Source: the human T2T-CHM13v2.0 reference genome, Homo sapiens. From it: DNA of 64,000 nt. Shown here piece by piece: positions 29,032 through 49,114 of the stretch. The position numbers and the translations under genes were made by a program. The stretch is from NCBI RefSeq assembly GCF_009914755.1, contig NC_060935.1; one strand, written 5' to 3'. The notes below the pieces were generated by a model that searched no databases, was not told where the DNA came from, and was given only the letters and a program-made list of their open reading frames with translations. Each line of letters begins with the position of its first letter. Position 1 is the stretch's first letter.

Positions 29032-30316
29032 CCATGCTAGAATGTCTCCGACTTGCTCCTTTTCATCTTTAAAAAGCTCAGGTGGAAATTCTTTCCTAAA
29101 ATTTCCCATTTTCCCTAACCCCTCAACCTAAGAAAAGTCATACTCAGAAGACAATGTTACTGTTCTCTTATGATGTTATTTCTGTACCTCATACATGTTC
29201 TACAAATGCATATGTCTCCTTACATACATTCTACCCTGTCACTTTCCACAGTTTACTACTTATAATATCTTCCACGTCTACCCTGTGCCTTCAGTGGACT
29301 ATAAGTTTCTTAGAAACAGGTGCTCTAACATTCATTTTTGACTTCACCACAACTAACACAGTACATGGTACACAGTGAGCATCATACGTGTATTCATCAA
29401 TCTGAATTGGACTTCATTTGATGACTATTAGATTGGATTCGATGACAACTACACTATCCAAACTACCCATCCAAACATGACTGTGTGACTGCTACATTCC
29501 AGTTTAACTCTTAAGACTTTACATCATTGTAATATCAGAGGCCCTTTCTAGCACAATATTTTCAATTACTTATAATTCCTTTCCCTACAACTGACCCTAC
29601 TATACATGATCTTTAAACCCTTGTTGCCATATTAGAGAGGGCTACTTTTTTCCTTGTAATACTACAAATAAGGAGTTTAAATTGGGTCCTTCTATTTACT
29701 AATGAATAAAACAATTATTAAAAATGAATTTGAAGCTATCAAATCTAATCTATCTTTACATGAAAACTCCTGCAGTTGTGTTGTCAGTCATAACTTCCCA
29801 TATACTTAATGGAATACATACACACCCATGTATCTATCCCTAAAATATAAGGAATAGATATTACCAAAACACATATTCTAATTCCTTAAGGTTTTTTTTT
29901 GATCCTCTAATATTTTGATGCCTGTTGGCCAAGTCCTTATTGACTGTGTTACTGAATAATTTGTCCATTTCTGCTCATTTTTCTGCTTCTGAGTGTTTCA
30001 CCATATTTCATCCTGAGATGATTTTACCATATGTATAGTACCATTCATCTCTGTTTCACCTTAATTATACTCAATGTCTACTGTATTCTTAGCTGGAAAC
30101 TATCTCCTTTTCATCCCTCAAAGCCTACTGGAGATCTGAATCTCCCAACAATGAAAGGCCCAGAAATACCTGAAATACAGCATATCATCTAGGTAAGACT
30201 GTTCAGACTAGCCATTAGCTGTCAAGTTTCATGTATTTTGCCTTCTACAAATCCATCCCTGGAGCCTTCTGCCATGGAAATATCCAATGTGAATAGGTGT
30301 CAATCTCCATCATTTT

Positions 30317-31775
30317 ATTTTTATTTTTAATTTTTTTTTCAATGAGCAACATTTTTGTTACAGATAATTTTAGTTTATTTTAAGGTTTAATTAATATTAA
30401 GCAGTTCAAAAATGACCCCATTCTTTTTTTTTATTATTATTATACTTTAAGTTTTAAGGCACATGTGCACAATGTGCAGGTTAGTTATATATGTATACAT
30501 GTGCCATGCTGGTGTGCTGCACCCATGAACTCGTCATTTAGCATTAGGTATATCTCATAATGCTATCCCTCCCTCCTCCAGCCACACCACAACAGTTCCC
30601 AGAGTGTGATGTTCCCCTTCCTGTGTCCATGTGCTCTCATTGTTCAATTCCCACCTATGAGTGAGAACATGCAGTGTTTGATTTTTTGTCCTTGTGATAG
30701 TTTACCGAGAATGATGATTTCCAATTTCATCCCTGTCCCTACAAAGGACATGAACTCATCATTTTTTATGGCTGCATAGTATTTCATGGTGTATATGTGC
30801 CACATTTTCTTAATCCAGTCTATCATTGTTGGACATTTGGGTTGGTTCCAAGTCTTTGCTATTGTGAATAGTGCCACAGTAAACATATGTGTGCATGTGT
30901 CTTTATAGCGGCATGATTTATAATCCTTTGGGTATATACCCAGTAATGGGATGGCTGGGTCAAATGGTATTTCTAGTTCTAGATCCCTGAGGAATCGCCA
31001 CACTGACTTCCACAATGGTTGAACTAGTTTACAGTCCCACCAACAGTGTAAAAGTGTTCCTATTTCTCCACATCCTCTCCAGCACCTTTTTTTTCCTGAC
31101 TTTTTAATGATTGCCATTGTAACTGGTGTGAGATGGTATCTCATTGTGGTTTTGATTTGCATGTCTCTGATGGCCAGTGATGGTGAGCATTTTTTTATGT
31201 GTTTTTGAGCTGCATAAATGTCTTCTTTTGAGAAGTGTCTGTTCATATCCTTCGCCCACTTTTTCATGGGGTTGTTTGTTTTTTTCTTGTAAATTTGTTG
31301 GAGTTCATTGTAGATTCTGGATATTAGCCCTTTGTCAGATGAGTAGACAGAATAAAGCCCTCAGAAATAATGCTGCATGTCTACAACTATCTGATCTTTG
31401 ACAAACCTGAGAAAAACAAGCAATGGGGAAAGGATTCCCTATTTAATAAATGGTGCTGGGAAAACTGGCCAGCCATGTATAGAAAGCTGAAACTGGATCC
31501 CTTCCTTACACCTTATACAAAAATTAATTCAAGATGAATTAAAGACTTAAACCTTAGACCTAAAACCATAAAAATCCTAGAAGAAAACCTAGGCATTACC
31601 ATTCAGTCCATAGGCATGGGCAAGGACTTCATGTCTAAAACACCAAAAGCAATGGCAACAAAAGCCAAAATTGACAAATGGGATCTAATTAAACTAAAGA
31701 GCTTCTGCACAGCAAAAGAAACTACCATCAGAGTGAACAGGCAACCTACAAAATGGGAGAAAATTTTCACAACCT
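30317..31775 (-). mobile_element. 5'-inverted L1PA3-like element with an 84-bp 3' transduction
   Basis: TSD aatctccatca(t/g)ttt (30302-30316 / 31776-31790), two poly(T) tracts, minus L1 30424-31346, plus-strand L1 31347-31776. Confidence 0.93.
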
Positions 31776-32988
31776 AATCTCCATCAGTTTAAAATCTTCC
31801 CCCATTTGCTGCATCAGAGAATATAAAATGTAGAATATTTTCCCCCAAAGTTTCCCAGCATGTTTCCTTTGTTCAATCTAAAATCAGGCAATTTAAATGA
31901 CAGGTACACTTGATTTAAAGTCTGCTGACTCCCCTCCCCACCAGTAATTCCAGATTCTGTCTCCCTTAAATCATCATTCCAATGAGGAATGGGGAGAAAT
32001 AGACAAACATTGCTGAAAATCACAAAGGCAAGTTTCTCACCAGATTGTGTATATCATCAGATGATCTTGACAAAGTCCAAAAGCCACCAGGTCTCTATTG
32101 GAAATAGTTACAAGGGTCAAGCCCTCACAATTACCAGAAATTCAAGCTGCCTTATATATGTATGGAAAAGATATGTAACCTACTGCCTCTCCAAAGCACC
32201 TTCAGGAAAACATCCTGTTCACTCAGATGCTATCTATATTTCAGCAAATGTCAGCAAGTCCACATACTTTGGCAGAACAAATGTTACTTTTCCTTTCATT
32301 ACTGTCCTAAGAGGAGTTGTGCAATCCTATAGATTATCACATGGAGCTCTCATTGGTATGGGGCCAAGGCTGAATACTCTTTTCCAGAGGAGGCAAATTG
32401 TGAATTAGTTTCACCTCCAGCAAATTGTTTTTTGTGTTCAATTTAATTCTGTTTTCATGATTTTTTTCTGAGGGCTTCTCTGGCCTTGCTCAACTAACTG
32501 GTTTAAGAGATCAGTTTAAGTTCAGAAAAACCTCAGTATTTCCAAGATTTCAGAATGCCTTTTTATTGAATTCCTGATTAGGACAAGTGAGAATAACAAA
32601 CGTTTTACAGGTGTTCAATTCTCCAACACAGATATTGTTTAGAAGAAGGGGAAAACACCACAATAAATTACATTGGGCATAATTTTACTCAAATTCAGGA
32701 GCTGAGGGGATGGGGAGGAAGGGGAAGGAAGAGAATGAGTAAGTAGCTTTTCATCTAAAGTGAAAGTTACATTCTCTGAACAGTGACTTCTTTAAAGGTA
32801 CATTGAACAGTCAGTGAGTAGCAACAATAAGACAACAAAGAAAATTAAGGATGCATGTTCAAAAAAACATGTTCACAGAGCCAGGAGTCAAAATGTACAG
32901 AAACTTGTTCTCTGTTCACACTAACCAGGTAGAACAGTTAGCTGTGAATAAACTCAAGATATCAGACTGGCTCCATTAATGAAACATT

Positions 32989-39459
<6,471 letters not shown>

Positions 39460-41352
39460 AAAGAAACATTATTATTGGAATAATATAGTTCATAGGTTTT
39501 AATGATAAACTTGGGGGATGTGTTAGTCGTCTTCAGATTGAGATGAGTAGAACACATACATGGAAACAAAAACTGAAGAAGTTTGAAGTGAGACAGAAAT
39601 GTATATCTTCTTTACATCAAAGAATTCTGGATGTAGGTAGTTCAATATGGAGGGAATAATTCCCTGCTCACGAAGGACCCAAACTCTCCGTATCTTTACA
39701 CTCTACAATACTATTATATGTCTTCAATTCTTAACATTGCTTCATGTTCCAAAATGGCTGCTGAATCTACAGCCTTTATGTCTGCTTTGCAGGTAGGAAG
39801 AAGAGGGAAAAACAAAAGGAAACACCTCTTAGCTGAGTCAGCATTACTTGTAGAACCTTCCTAGAAGAAAAACCCTAATAGCTAGATACATGGAGCATGG
39901 GAAATACAGTCTTTTACCTAGACAACCTAACCAAAATATTGGTGGGAATTACATCCTAACCAAAATGTTGGTTCAGGAATATGGCTATTAATTAAGCAGC
40001 TTCAGTGTCTGTCAAAGGAGTAAAGTAGTATTTTTATGAAGCCAGAGAGGAGACACTTTGAAGTCTGTTGGCCTCTTTCAATCATTTTTTCCTTACATAG
40101 TTTCTTAATGCAAATACTTATTTGGTTCTTTTTATTTTATGACAAAATCATCCTATGAACAAGTAATATGTCGTGCAAGATGACATATTGCTGGCTTCTG
40201 ATAAAATGGTAGTGCTACCCTCAACATGGTTAGTGAGATTGAATGGACACTGGGAAGGCTCATCAGACGAAAACCATTCAATGTATTGCCTAAAGTGTCC
40301 ATCATAAAAGTTATTGCTTCTGCATCAAGATGATGTGCTTTTAAAAAAACTCACTTAAAGTGAGTATGTGTTAACCATTATGCCATTCAATTCCATTAAT
40401 CCATTTCTCTGTATTAGTTTATCAAATATCATCATGGAAAATATAGTGCAAGGCTCCGAGGGAATAGAAACGGGTTAGGTACATTTCCAAGAGGTAGATG
40501 TGAGAGAAGTTGAAGGCAGGGTGTGAACACGAGGGTGAATTTAGGAGAATCCACCTAGCGAGACAGAGTATTTAATAATAATTTCATTTCTTAAGAAGTG
40601 AATGAATGAAATAAAAATACACGCACAGAATAACTTCCCAATAACCTTTCTGGTCGACTATCAGATAAACGTATGAAGAGACAGACGAATGTATGAATAA
40701 ATCCTCAAAGGTGAATTTTATCAATGAGGATTCTTTGATTTCTTCATACCTCTATCCTTGCTGGTATGTGAGCTTCCTATAGCCATCATTGAGAATTGTT
40801 GATTATGCTAAATATTAGAGTAAAAATTACAAAAAGGACACTCAGAACCATACATCACATCCCAAACTCAGGGATGGAAGCACCAATGAGGCTGGCCAGA
40901 GAAGTAGCCATTGGGTTATTACTATCAGCTTTAACATGTACTTCTTTCATCCAGCACCGAGACAGAGAGACACTCAAATTATAAACACTGAGCATAAGAC
41001 TAACAGACAAAGACTTTCCTCTCTTGACTATGATCAAATGGGTGTATTCAACTTAACTATGCACTATATCATAACTTTGAGTAGGACTTCCTTTTCTGGT
41101 CTGGAGGCTGCTTGGAATAATAATTAAACACGTAAGTTATGGTTTCAGGAAAATTTGAATTCAAATGCTGCATCTCCATTTACTAGTTGCACAGCCTTGA
41201 GCAAGTTACTTAACTGTTTCACATCTAAGCTTCCCCATCTTTAAAGTGGGGGGAATGCTATTGCCTACCTTGTAAGTAATTGTGAGGATTAGTTGAGGAC
41301 TCAGTGATATCAGCCACAGTTATTAGTCATTATGTGCAGGGATCATGAGCGA

Positions 41353-41794
41353 CTGTATAAGCCAGAGTTCTTCCGAGAAACAGAAGCATTAGGAGACATA
41401 TATGAGAGAGAGATTTATTTCAGGGAATTAGCTTATGCAACCGTGGGAGCTAACCAGTCTACATCTGTAGAGCAAGCTGGCAGGCTGGAAATTCAGTTGT
41501 GTTGGTGTTGCAACCTTGAGTTGGTAGGTTTGGAAACTGGGCAGGGTTTGTATGTTGCAGTCGTGAGTCAGAATTGCTGCTTTCTTGGGAAATCTCAGTC
41601 TTGGCTCTGGAAGTCTTCAACTGATTGAATGAGGCCTACCCACATTATGGACACAAATATGCTCTACTTAAAGTCAACTGATTTAAATGTTAATCACATC
41701 TAAAAATATTTTCATAGCAACATATAGACTGGTGTTTGATGAAACAACTAGGTGCCATAGCCTCACCAAGTTGACACATAAAATTAACTATCAC
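41353..41794 (-). mobile_element. MLT2 (ERVL) solo LTR
   Basis: ttcttccgagaaacagaagc...gttgacacataaaattaactatcaca. Confidence 0.8.
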
Positions 41795-42690
41795 AGGACA
41801 GAATAAATATGCCCATCCACACCCACATTCTTCGCACAGAAACAAGACATAAGAGTTGCAGATTGGAAAGTGCAACTATAACCTGTATGACAGATAAAGA
41901 CTAAATGGAAGCTGTGGTTTGTATTTGCAGGATTCAACGGTTTCAGGTACTCCCACCCTCAACCCTCTGGCAGGTAGATTAACACAGCCAACCCAGGCAG
42001 TGGTGCCACATAAGACTTACAACATGGAGAAGCTGGCAAGAACTCACATTTCTGCTGATGAGTTAACATCTAAGAGGACAATAAGGAAGAGCTAGTTTTT
42101 TTTTCTGAAATTTTCCAACCAGATAATTCCCTCCTCCTTGCTAAGGTAGAGAAAGTGATGCTACAGGTGAAGCCCCACTGTTGCTGTCCAATGCACCCTT
42201 TCACAGAAAGGAACTATCATGAGCCAAGAAGAAACATTTCCCTCCGTATACTCCTCTCCTCACTACTGCCATTGTTTTTATCACCAGCAGGCTGTACTGT
42301 TTATATTTCTTGATGGGACCCTCAAAGACTTAGCCTCTGAAATTGAAACTCTGGAGGGTTCTGAGTCTTCTGAAACCTAAGGAAATTTTCCAAGACATAT
42401 CGAGATAAGTAAAATCCTATATTCAACCAAAGGCATATTTCCCCTATCCTAGAAATCACCCTCCTTCCCCTTCCCCCCAAAACTTCAGTTGGGAACCAGC
42501 TGGAGTTTATAGCACCAGGCTTAGTGTGGATCTCTTGACACCTCTGAAACAAGTTCCCCATCGCATGGGAAAACTGCTCTGTCCTTCCACACCAGTCCTT
42601 GGGCCTCTGCCAGCTTGAAGCTGAAGAAGCCTGACATCTCCTGGGTAGGGGGCAGCTGAGATCTCCTGGGGCCGGCTTGACTGTCCTTTT

Positions 42691-43245
42691 ATTTTTATTT
42701 TATTTTTTTTTATGTTTCTACACTAGATATCTTTTTGTTTTTATTATACTTTAAGTTTTAGGGTACATGTGCACTCAGCCATCCCATTACTGGGTATATA
42801 CCCAAAGGGCTATAAATCATTCTGCTATAAAGACACATGCACACATATGTTTATTGTGGCATTATTCACAATAGCAAAGACTTGGAACCAACCCAAATGT
42901 CCAACAATGATAGACTGGATTAAGAAAATGTGGCATATATACACCATGGAATACTATGCAGTCATAAAAAATGATGAGTTCATGTCCTTTGTAGGGACAT
43001 GGATGAAATTGGACATCATCATTCTCAGTAAACTATCGCAAGAACAAAAAACCAAACACCACATATTCTCACTCATAGGTGGGAATTGAACAATGAGATC
43101 ACATGGACACAGGAAGGGGAATATCACACTCTGGGGACTGTTGTGGGGTGGGGGGGGGGAGGGATAGCATTGGGAGATATACCTAATGCTAGATGACCAG
43201 TTAGTGGGTGCAGTGCACCAGCATGGCACATGTATACATAAGTAA
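42691..43245 (-). mobile_element. Short 5'-inverted L1PA2-like element with a ~20-bp 3' transduction
   Basis: TSD ttgactgtcctttt (42677-42690 / 43246-43259), TTTT/AA site. Only 34 bp of non-inverted L1 (42741-42774); inverted part 42775-43245. Confidence 0.93.
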
Positions 43246-43932
43246 TTGACTGTCCTTTTAAAGAGCACACCTTTCCCTCATCTGTAAAGAAGTCTGAGGG
43301 CAGAAACCAGATGTGCTGACCTTACCTCTCACCTCTCTCCCCCGGCCTGGAATCCATTGTTGATCACTTCCTATTCACTAGAAGCAGCTTGCCTGGGCAG
43401 GACTGGTGTTATACTCTGTTTCAGTCAGCACAGGAAAGTGCAAATTTCCCCGCAAAAGGCAGATGAAAACTTAAAGTGATCTTTGGCCAGCAGATTCCTT
43501 CAAAATGCAAATCCACTCAGCAGTGTAGGAACAGTATGGCACAGCCCCCAAGTGGGAGACTAGAAGGCAGGCTTTCACCACAGCTCTTTGTTCCAAAGCC
43601 AGCAGAAACTGGCTACACTTGGCATTTATCTTTTTGCACTAAAACACATTGGGGAAATTCCTGAATTAGTCCCTAAAATTCCCAGTGATTGGGGAAGCTT
43701 GAAGGAGTCTATTTGCACCCAGCCCTACCTGATTTGAAGAGCTGTATGGAACCAGGAACCAGGAAGAGAATGTGAGCTTTTGAGCCAGTACCCCAACTTA
43801 CCAGCCCTGAAATCTTCAGCTAATTATTTTGTCTCTCTGAGAAACATATTAACCTCTCTAGGCCACATCTTGAGGGGACTCTGAAGCTGACATTTGGGAG
43901 CTAACATTTCCCCTGCTAGGAGAAGTTACACG

Positions 43933-46214
43933 TGTATTAGTCCATTTTCACATTGCTGATAAAGATATACCTGAGACGGGGAAGAAAAAGAGGTTTAATT
44001 GAACTTACAGTTCCACATGGCTGGGGAGGCCTCAGAATCATGGCAGGAAGTAAAAGACACTTCTTACATGGCGGCACCAAGAGACAATGAGGAAGAAGCA
44101 AAAGTGGAAACTCCTGATAAACCTATCAGATCTCATGAGACTTATTCACTATCATGAGATTAGCACAGGAAAGACCAGCCATCATGATTCAGTTACCTCC
44201 CCCTAGGTCCCTCCCACAAGACGTGAGAATTCTGGGAGATACAATTGAAGTTGAGATTTGAATGGGGACACAGTCAAACCGTATCACTCTGCCTCTGGCC
44301 CCTCCAAATCTCATGTCCTCACATTTAAAGAGTAATCATGCTTTCCCAACAGTCCCCCAAAGTCTTAACTCATTTCACCATTAACCCAAAAGTCCACAGT
44401 CCAAAGTCTCATCTAAGACAATGCAAGTCTCTTCCTCCTATGAGCCTGTAAAATCAAAAGCAAGCTAGTTACTTCCTAGATGCAATGGGGGTACAAGTAT
44501 TGGGTAAATACAGCCATTCCAAATGAGAGAAAATTGCCAAAACAAAGAGGTTACAAGGCCCATGAAAGCACAAAATCAAGTGAGGTGGTCAAATTTTAAA
44601 GCTCCAAAATCATCATCTTTGACTCCGGATCTCACATCCAGGTCATGCTGACGCAAGAGGTGGGTTCCCATGTTCTTGAGCAGCTCTGCCCCTGTGGCTT
44701 TGCAGGATACAGCTTCCCTACTGGCTGCTTTCATAGTCTGGCCTTGAGCGTCTGTGGCTTTTCCAGGCGCACATTGCAAACTGTTAGTGGATCTACCATT
44801 CTGGTGTCTGGAGGACAGTGGCCCTCTTCTCACAGCTCCACTAGGCAGTGCCCCAGTAGGGACTCTGTGTGGGGGATCCAACCCCACATTTCCCTTCCAC
44901 ATTGCCCTAGCAGAGGTTCTCCATGAAGGCCCCGCCCCTACAGAAAACTTTTACCTGGGCATACAGGCATTTCCATACATCCTCTGAAATCTATGTGGAG
45001 GTTCCCAAACCTCAATTCTTGACTTCTGTGCACCCATAGGCTCAACACCATATGGAAGCTGCCAAGGCTTGGGGATTCCCCCCTCTGAAGCCACAACCCG
45101 AGATGTACACTGGCCCCTTTCAGCCATGGCTGGAGCAGCTGAGACACAGGGTACCAACTCCCTAGGCTGCACACAGCACGGAGATCCTGGGCTCGACCCA
45201 CGAAGCCAGTTTTTCCTCGTGGGCCTCTGGACAGGTGATGGGAGCGGCTGCCATGAAGGTCTCTGACGTGGCTTGGAGACATTTTCCCCATGGTCTTGGG
45301 GATTAACATTAAGCTCCATGCTACTTATGCACATTTCTATAATTGGCTTGAACTTCTCCCCCCAAAAATGGATTTTTCTTTTCTGTCACATAGGCTGCAA
45401 ATTTTTCAAGATTTTATGCTCTGCTTCCCTTATAAAACTGAATGCCTTTAAAAGAACCCAAGACACCTCTTGAATGCTTTGCTGTTTAGAAATTTCTTCT
45501 GCCAGATACCCTAAATCATCTTTCTCAAGTTCAAAGTTCCACAAATCCTTAGGGCAGGGGAAAAATGCCTCCAGTCCCTTTGCTGAAACATAACAAGTTT
45601 CACCTTTACTCCAGTTTCAAACAAGTTCCTCATCTCCATCTGAGGTCACCTCAGCCTGGATCTTATTGTCCATATCGCTATCAGCATTTTGGGCAAAGCC
45701 ATTCAACAAACCTCTAGGAAGTTCCAAACTTCCCCACATTTTCCTGTCTTCTCCCGAGCCCTCCAAACTGTTCCAACCTCTGCCTGTTACCTAGTTCTAA
45801 AGTCACTTCAACATTTTTGGGTATCTTTTCAGCAACGCCACACCCTACTGGTACCAATTTACTGTAATAGTTCATTTTCATGCTGCTAACAAAAACATAC
45901 CCAAGACTAGGAAGAAAAAGAGGTTTAATTGGACTTACAGTTCCACATGGCTGGGGAGGCCTCAGAATCATGGTGAGAGGTGAAAGACACTTCTTATAGG
46001 GTGGCAGCAAGAGAGAATGAGGAAGAAGCAAAAACAGAAACTCCTGATAAACCCATCAGATCTCATGAGACTTATTCACTATCACGAGAATAGCATGGGA
46101 AAGACCAGCCCCATGATTCAGTTACCACCTTCTAGTCTCTCCCACAACACATGAAAATTCTGGGAGATACACTTCAAGTTGAAATTTTTATGGGAACACA
46201 GCAAAACCATGTCA
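43933..46214 (-). mobile_element. Complete THE1C-like MaLR element (LTR-int-LTR)
   Basis: LTRs 43933-44286 and 45863-46214, 1.58-kb internal region, 5-bp TSD acacg/acatg. Confidence 0.93.
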
Positions 46215-46327
46215 ACATGGTATAGTGAAAAGAACTAGTTAGGTCTGATATAAATTGAAGATTCACCATGTGTCCACTTGACCTTAGACAATTGCTTAAC
46301 CTCTCTGGGCCTCACTTTCCCCATCTA

Positions 46328-46683
<356 letters not shown>

Positions 46684-47769
46684 CTATCTTGCAGAGTAGT
46701 GTCAGGAGAAATAAAATAATAAAGCTCTTGGTAGTCTTCCAAAAAGTGTTCTTGCTTGCCCTTTGGTGTTGTTCTTAAAGACTTTCATATTTGGAGAACT
46801 GAGATTCAAGTTTCAGGTACAGACAACCACCCCTTTCTGTATTTCTTGATTTTTTTTTTCTTTTGGCCTCTAATATCTTCTATTTCGCTTATGCTTGTCT
46901 GGGATACTCACAAGAGGATCTGTGGCAATAGTAATCTCCTTGATTGCTTGATTCTCTATGGTCAATTTTTTCATTAGGTTCTTAGGGAAGGAGTTGAGTA
47001 GATAAGACAAAATGTTCCCCACATTTTTGCCTAAGCAGCTTGGCACTGATGAATACTGGCAGCAGCTCCCTGAACTGTGTTATAAATTTCTGACTGCTGC
47101 ACAAATGTACCACGTGGGTCAAAGACAAGCAGATCTGCCAAATTCTCAGAATAGAGTTCATCCTCATTAGAAAACACCAGGAAGTCCTGTAGTCTGGACA
47201 ACAGAGAGTCTTATACCTAAGAAGGTTATAAAGTAAAAACATTTTCAGACAGAAACATGCTCCAATAAAATGACGGTAATATTGGTTAGCAGAGTAGATG
47301 AGACTAATGAGATCACTGGGATTAATATCTTTATAAAAGGGACCCTAGAGAGCTTTTTAGACCTCTTTGGTCTAGAATTGTTAGTGGTATTTTTGAGTTT
47401 TTTAAAAAAGAAATGAAAGAATTTGTGTATCTGCATACTAATCCACGTGATATTTTTAAAATACTAGTATACCATATATATCAAGTGCTTAATTTTTGTG
47501 AAGTGCTTTTCATACAAAACCTCATTGAATCATCATAATGATTTTAAGGCACAGGCATAGTACTGTTCATTTTTAAGGTCAGTCAATTAAGGCACAGAGA
47601 AGTTCGATGACTTTCCCAAAGTCTTATAGCTACATGTGAACTCATTTTATAGCCACTACAATGTAGCACCCTCAAAAATAGCAACTACTACTGATAGAGA
47701 TACAATATTGGACTTCATACCTACTCCCTGAATTCATTTAATATAATTATCTCTAAAAACTCAGAAGAT

Positions 47770-48125
47770 GGTGCAATTGACTGAATGTCCTTTTCTCCTC
47801 CAGATTCATATGTTGAGACTCTAATCTCCATGAGATGGTATTAGGAGATGGAGCTTTTGGGAGGTGATGAGGTCATGAGGGTGGGAACTTCATGACTGAG
47901 ATGAGTTCCCTTATAAAAGAGACCCCAGGGAGATTTTTGACCCTCTTTCTGAAATAGAGGAATACAATGAGAAGTTGGCAGTCTGTAACCCAGAAGAGGG
48001 CCCTTGCTAGAACTCAATCATGCTGGCACCCTGATCACAGGCTTCCAGCCTCCACAGCTGTGAGAAATTTCTGTCATCTATAGCTTAGAGTACTTAGTTT
48101 AGGCTACTATGCTAATAAAGACAGA
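47770..48125 (+). mobile_element. MLT1A-like MaLR LTR
   Basis: attcatatgttga..., gaggtcatgagggtggg, ccatgctggcacc-like and ttccagcctcca motifs. Confidence 0.75.
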
Positions 48126-48730
48126 TGATATTAGTATGCTAAGTTATAGATGAGAGAACTGACACTCAAATATACAGAGCATTTTCCCAGTACCACACAG
48201 TGAGAAATCTGGGACTCGAATTCAGGCCAGATGGCAGGCTTCTATATCCACAGAACATCCTGAACTTCACATGGACTTTGCTGCTTCCATGTTCCTCAGA
48301 CACAGAGTGCTTTTTTATCATAGATAAGGTGTTCACAGGTGACCCAAGGCAATCTCACATATGCAGGAATTACATCCCACCACTCAGTTTCCACAAGGCT
48401 GACAAAAGGAATCAGTAGTGCTCACTAAGTATTCATCAGCCTCTGCCTTCTGCACACACAATAGGATCACACCTCCAAGCCCTTAAGATTGGATGATGCT
48501 GTGTGACCGGTAGTGACCAATGAGCTATGAGCACATGCAACATGTGTCACTTTTGGGCTCGCCCATTTAATTGCCAATTTGACACCATCCAGAGCTCTTG
48601 CCCACAGCATTTGAGATGGCAGCTGCTCCATCAGTCTGGATACCTAAATGACTATCACAGCAATCCTGATAGGTATGTTTTATGAGCAAGAATTAAATGT
48701 CTTTTTTTTAAGCCATTGTAATTTGGGGAC

Positions 48731-49114
48731 TGTATCCGTCTGTTCTCACACTGCTATAAAGAGACACCTGAGACTGGGTAGTTTATAAAGGAAAGAGGTA
48801 TAATTGACTCAGAGTTCTGTATGGCTGGAGAGGCCTCAGGAAACTAACAGTCATGGCAGAAGGTGAAGGGGAAGCAAGGACCTTCTTCACATGGTGGCAG
48901 GAGAGAGAAGAGCCAGCAAGAGCAGGGAAAATTGCCTTATAAAACTATCAGATCTCATGATAACTCATTATCATGAGAACAGCATGGGGGAAAGTGCCCC
49001 CATGATCCAATCAACCCCCTCCCACGACGTGGGGATTACAGTTCCCTCCCTCAACATGTGGGGATTACAATTCAAGATGAGATTTGGGTGGGGACACAGA
49101 GCCAGACAGTATCA
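48731..49114 (-). mobile_element. MST solo LTR nested in an older MLT1 LTR
   Basis: tgttctcacactgctataaag...gggacacagagccagacagtatca. Confidence 0.85.

Noticed and set aside
31989-32408. 139-aa plus-strand ORF in unique sequence
   Set aside because: No recognisable domain or splice/promoter support; length is compatible with chance.
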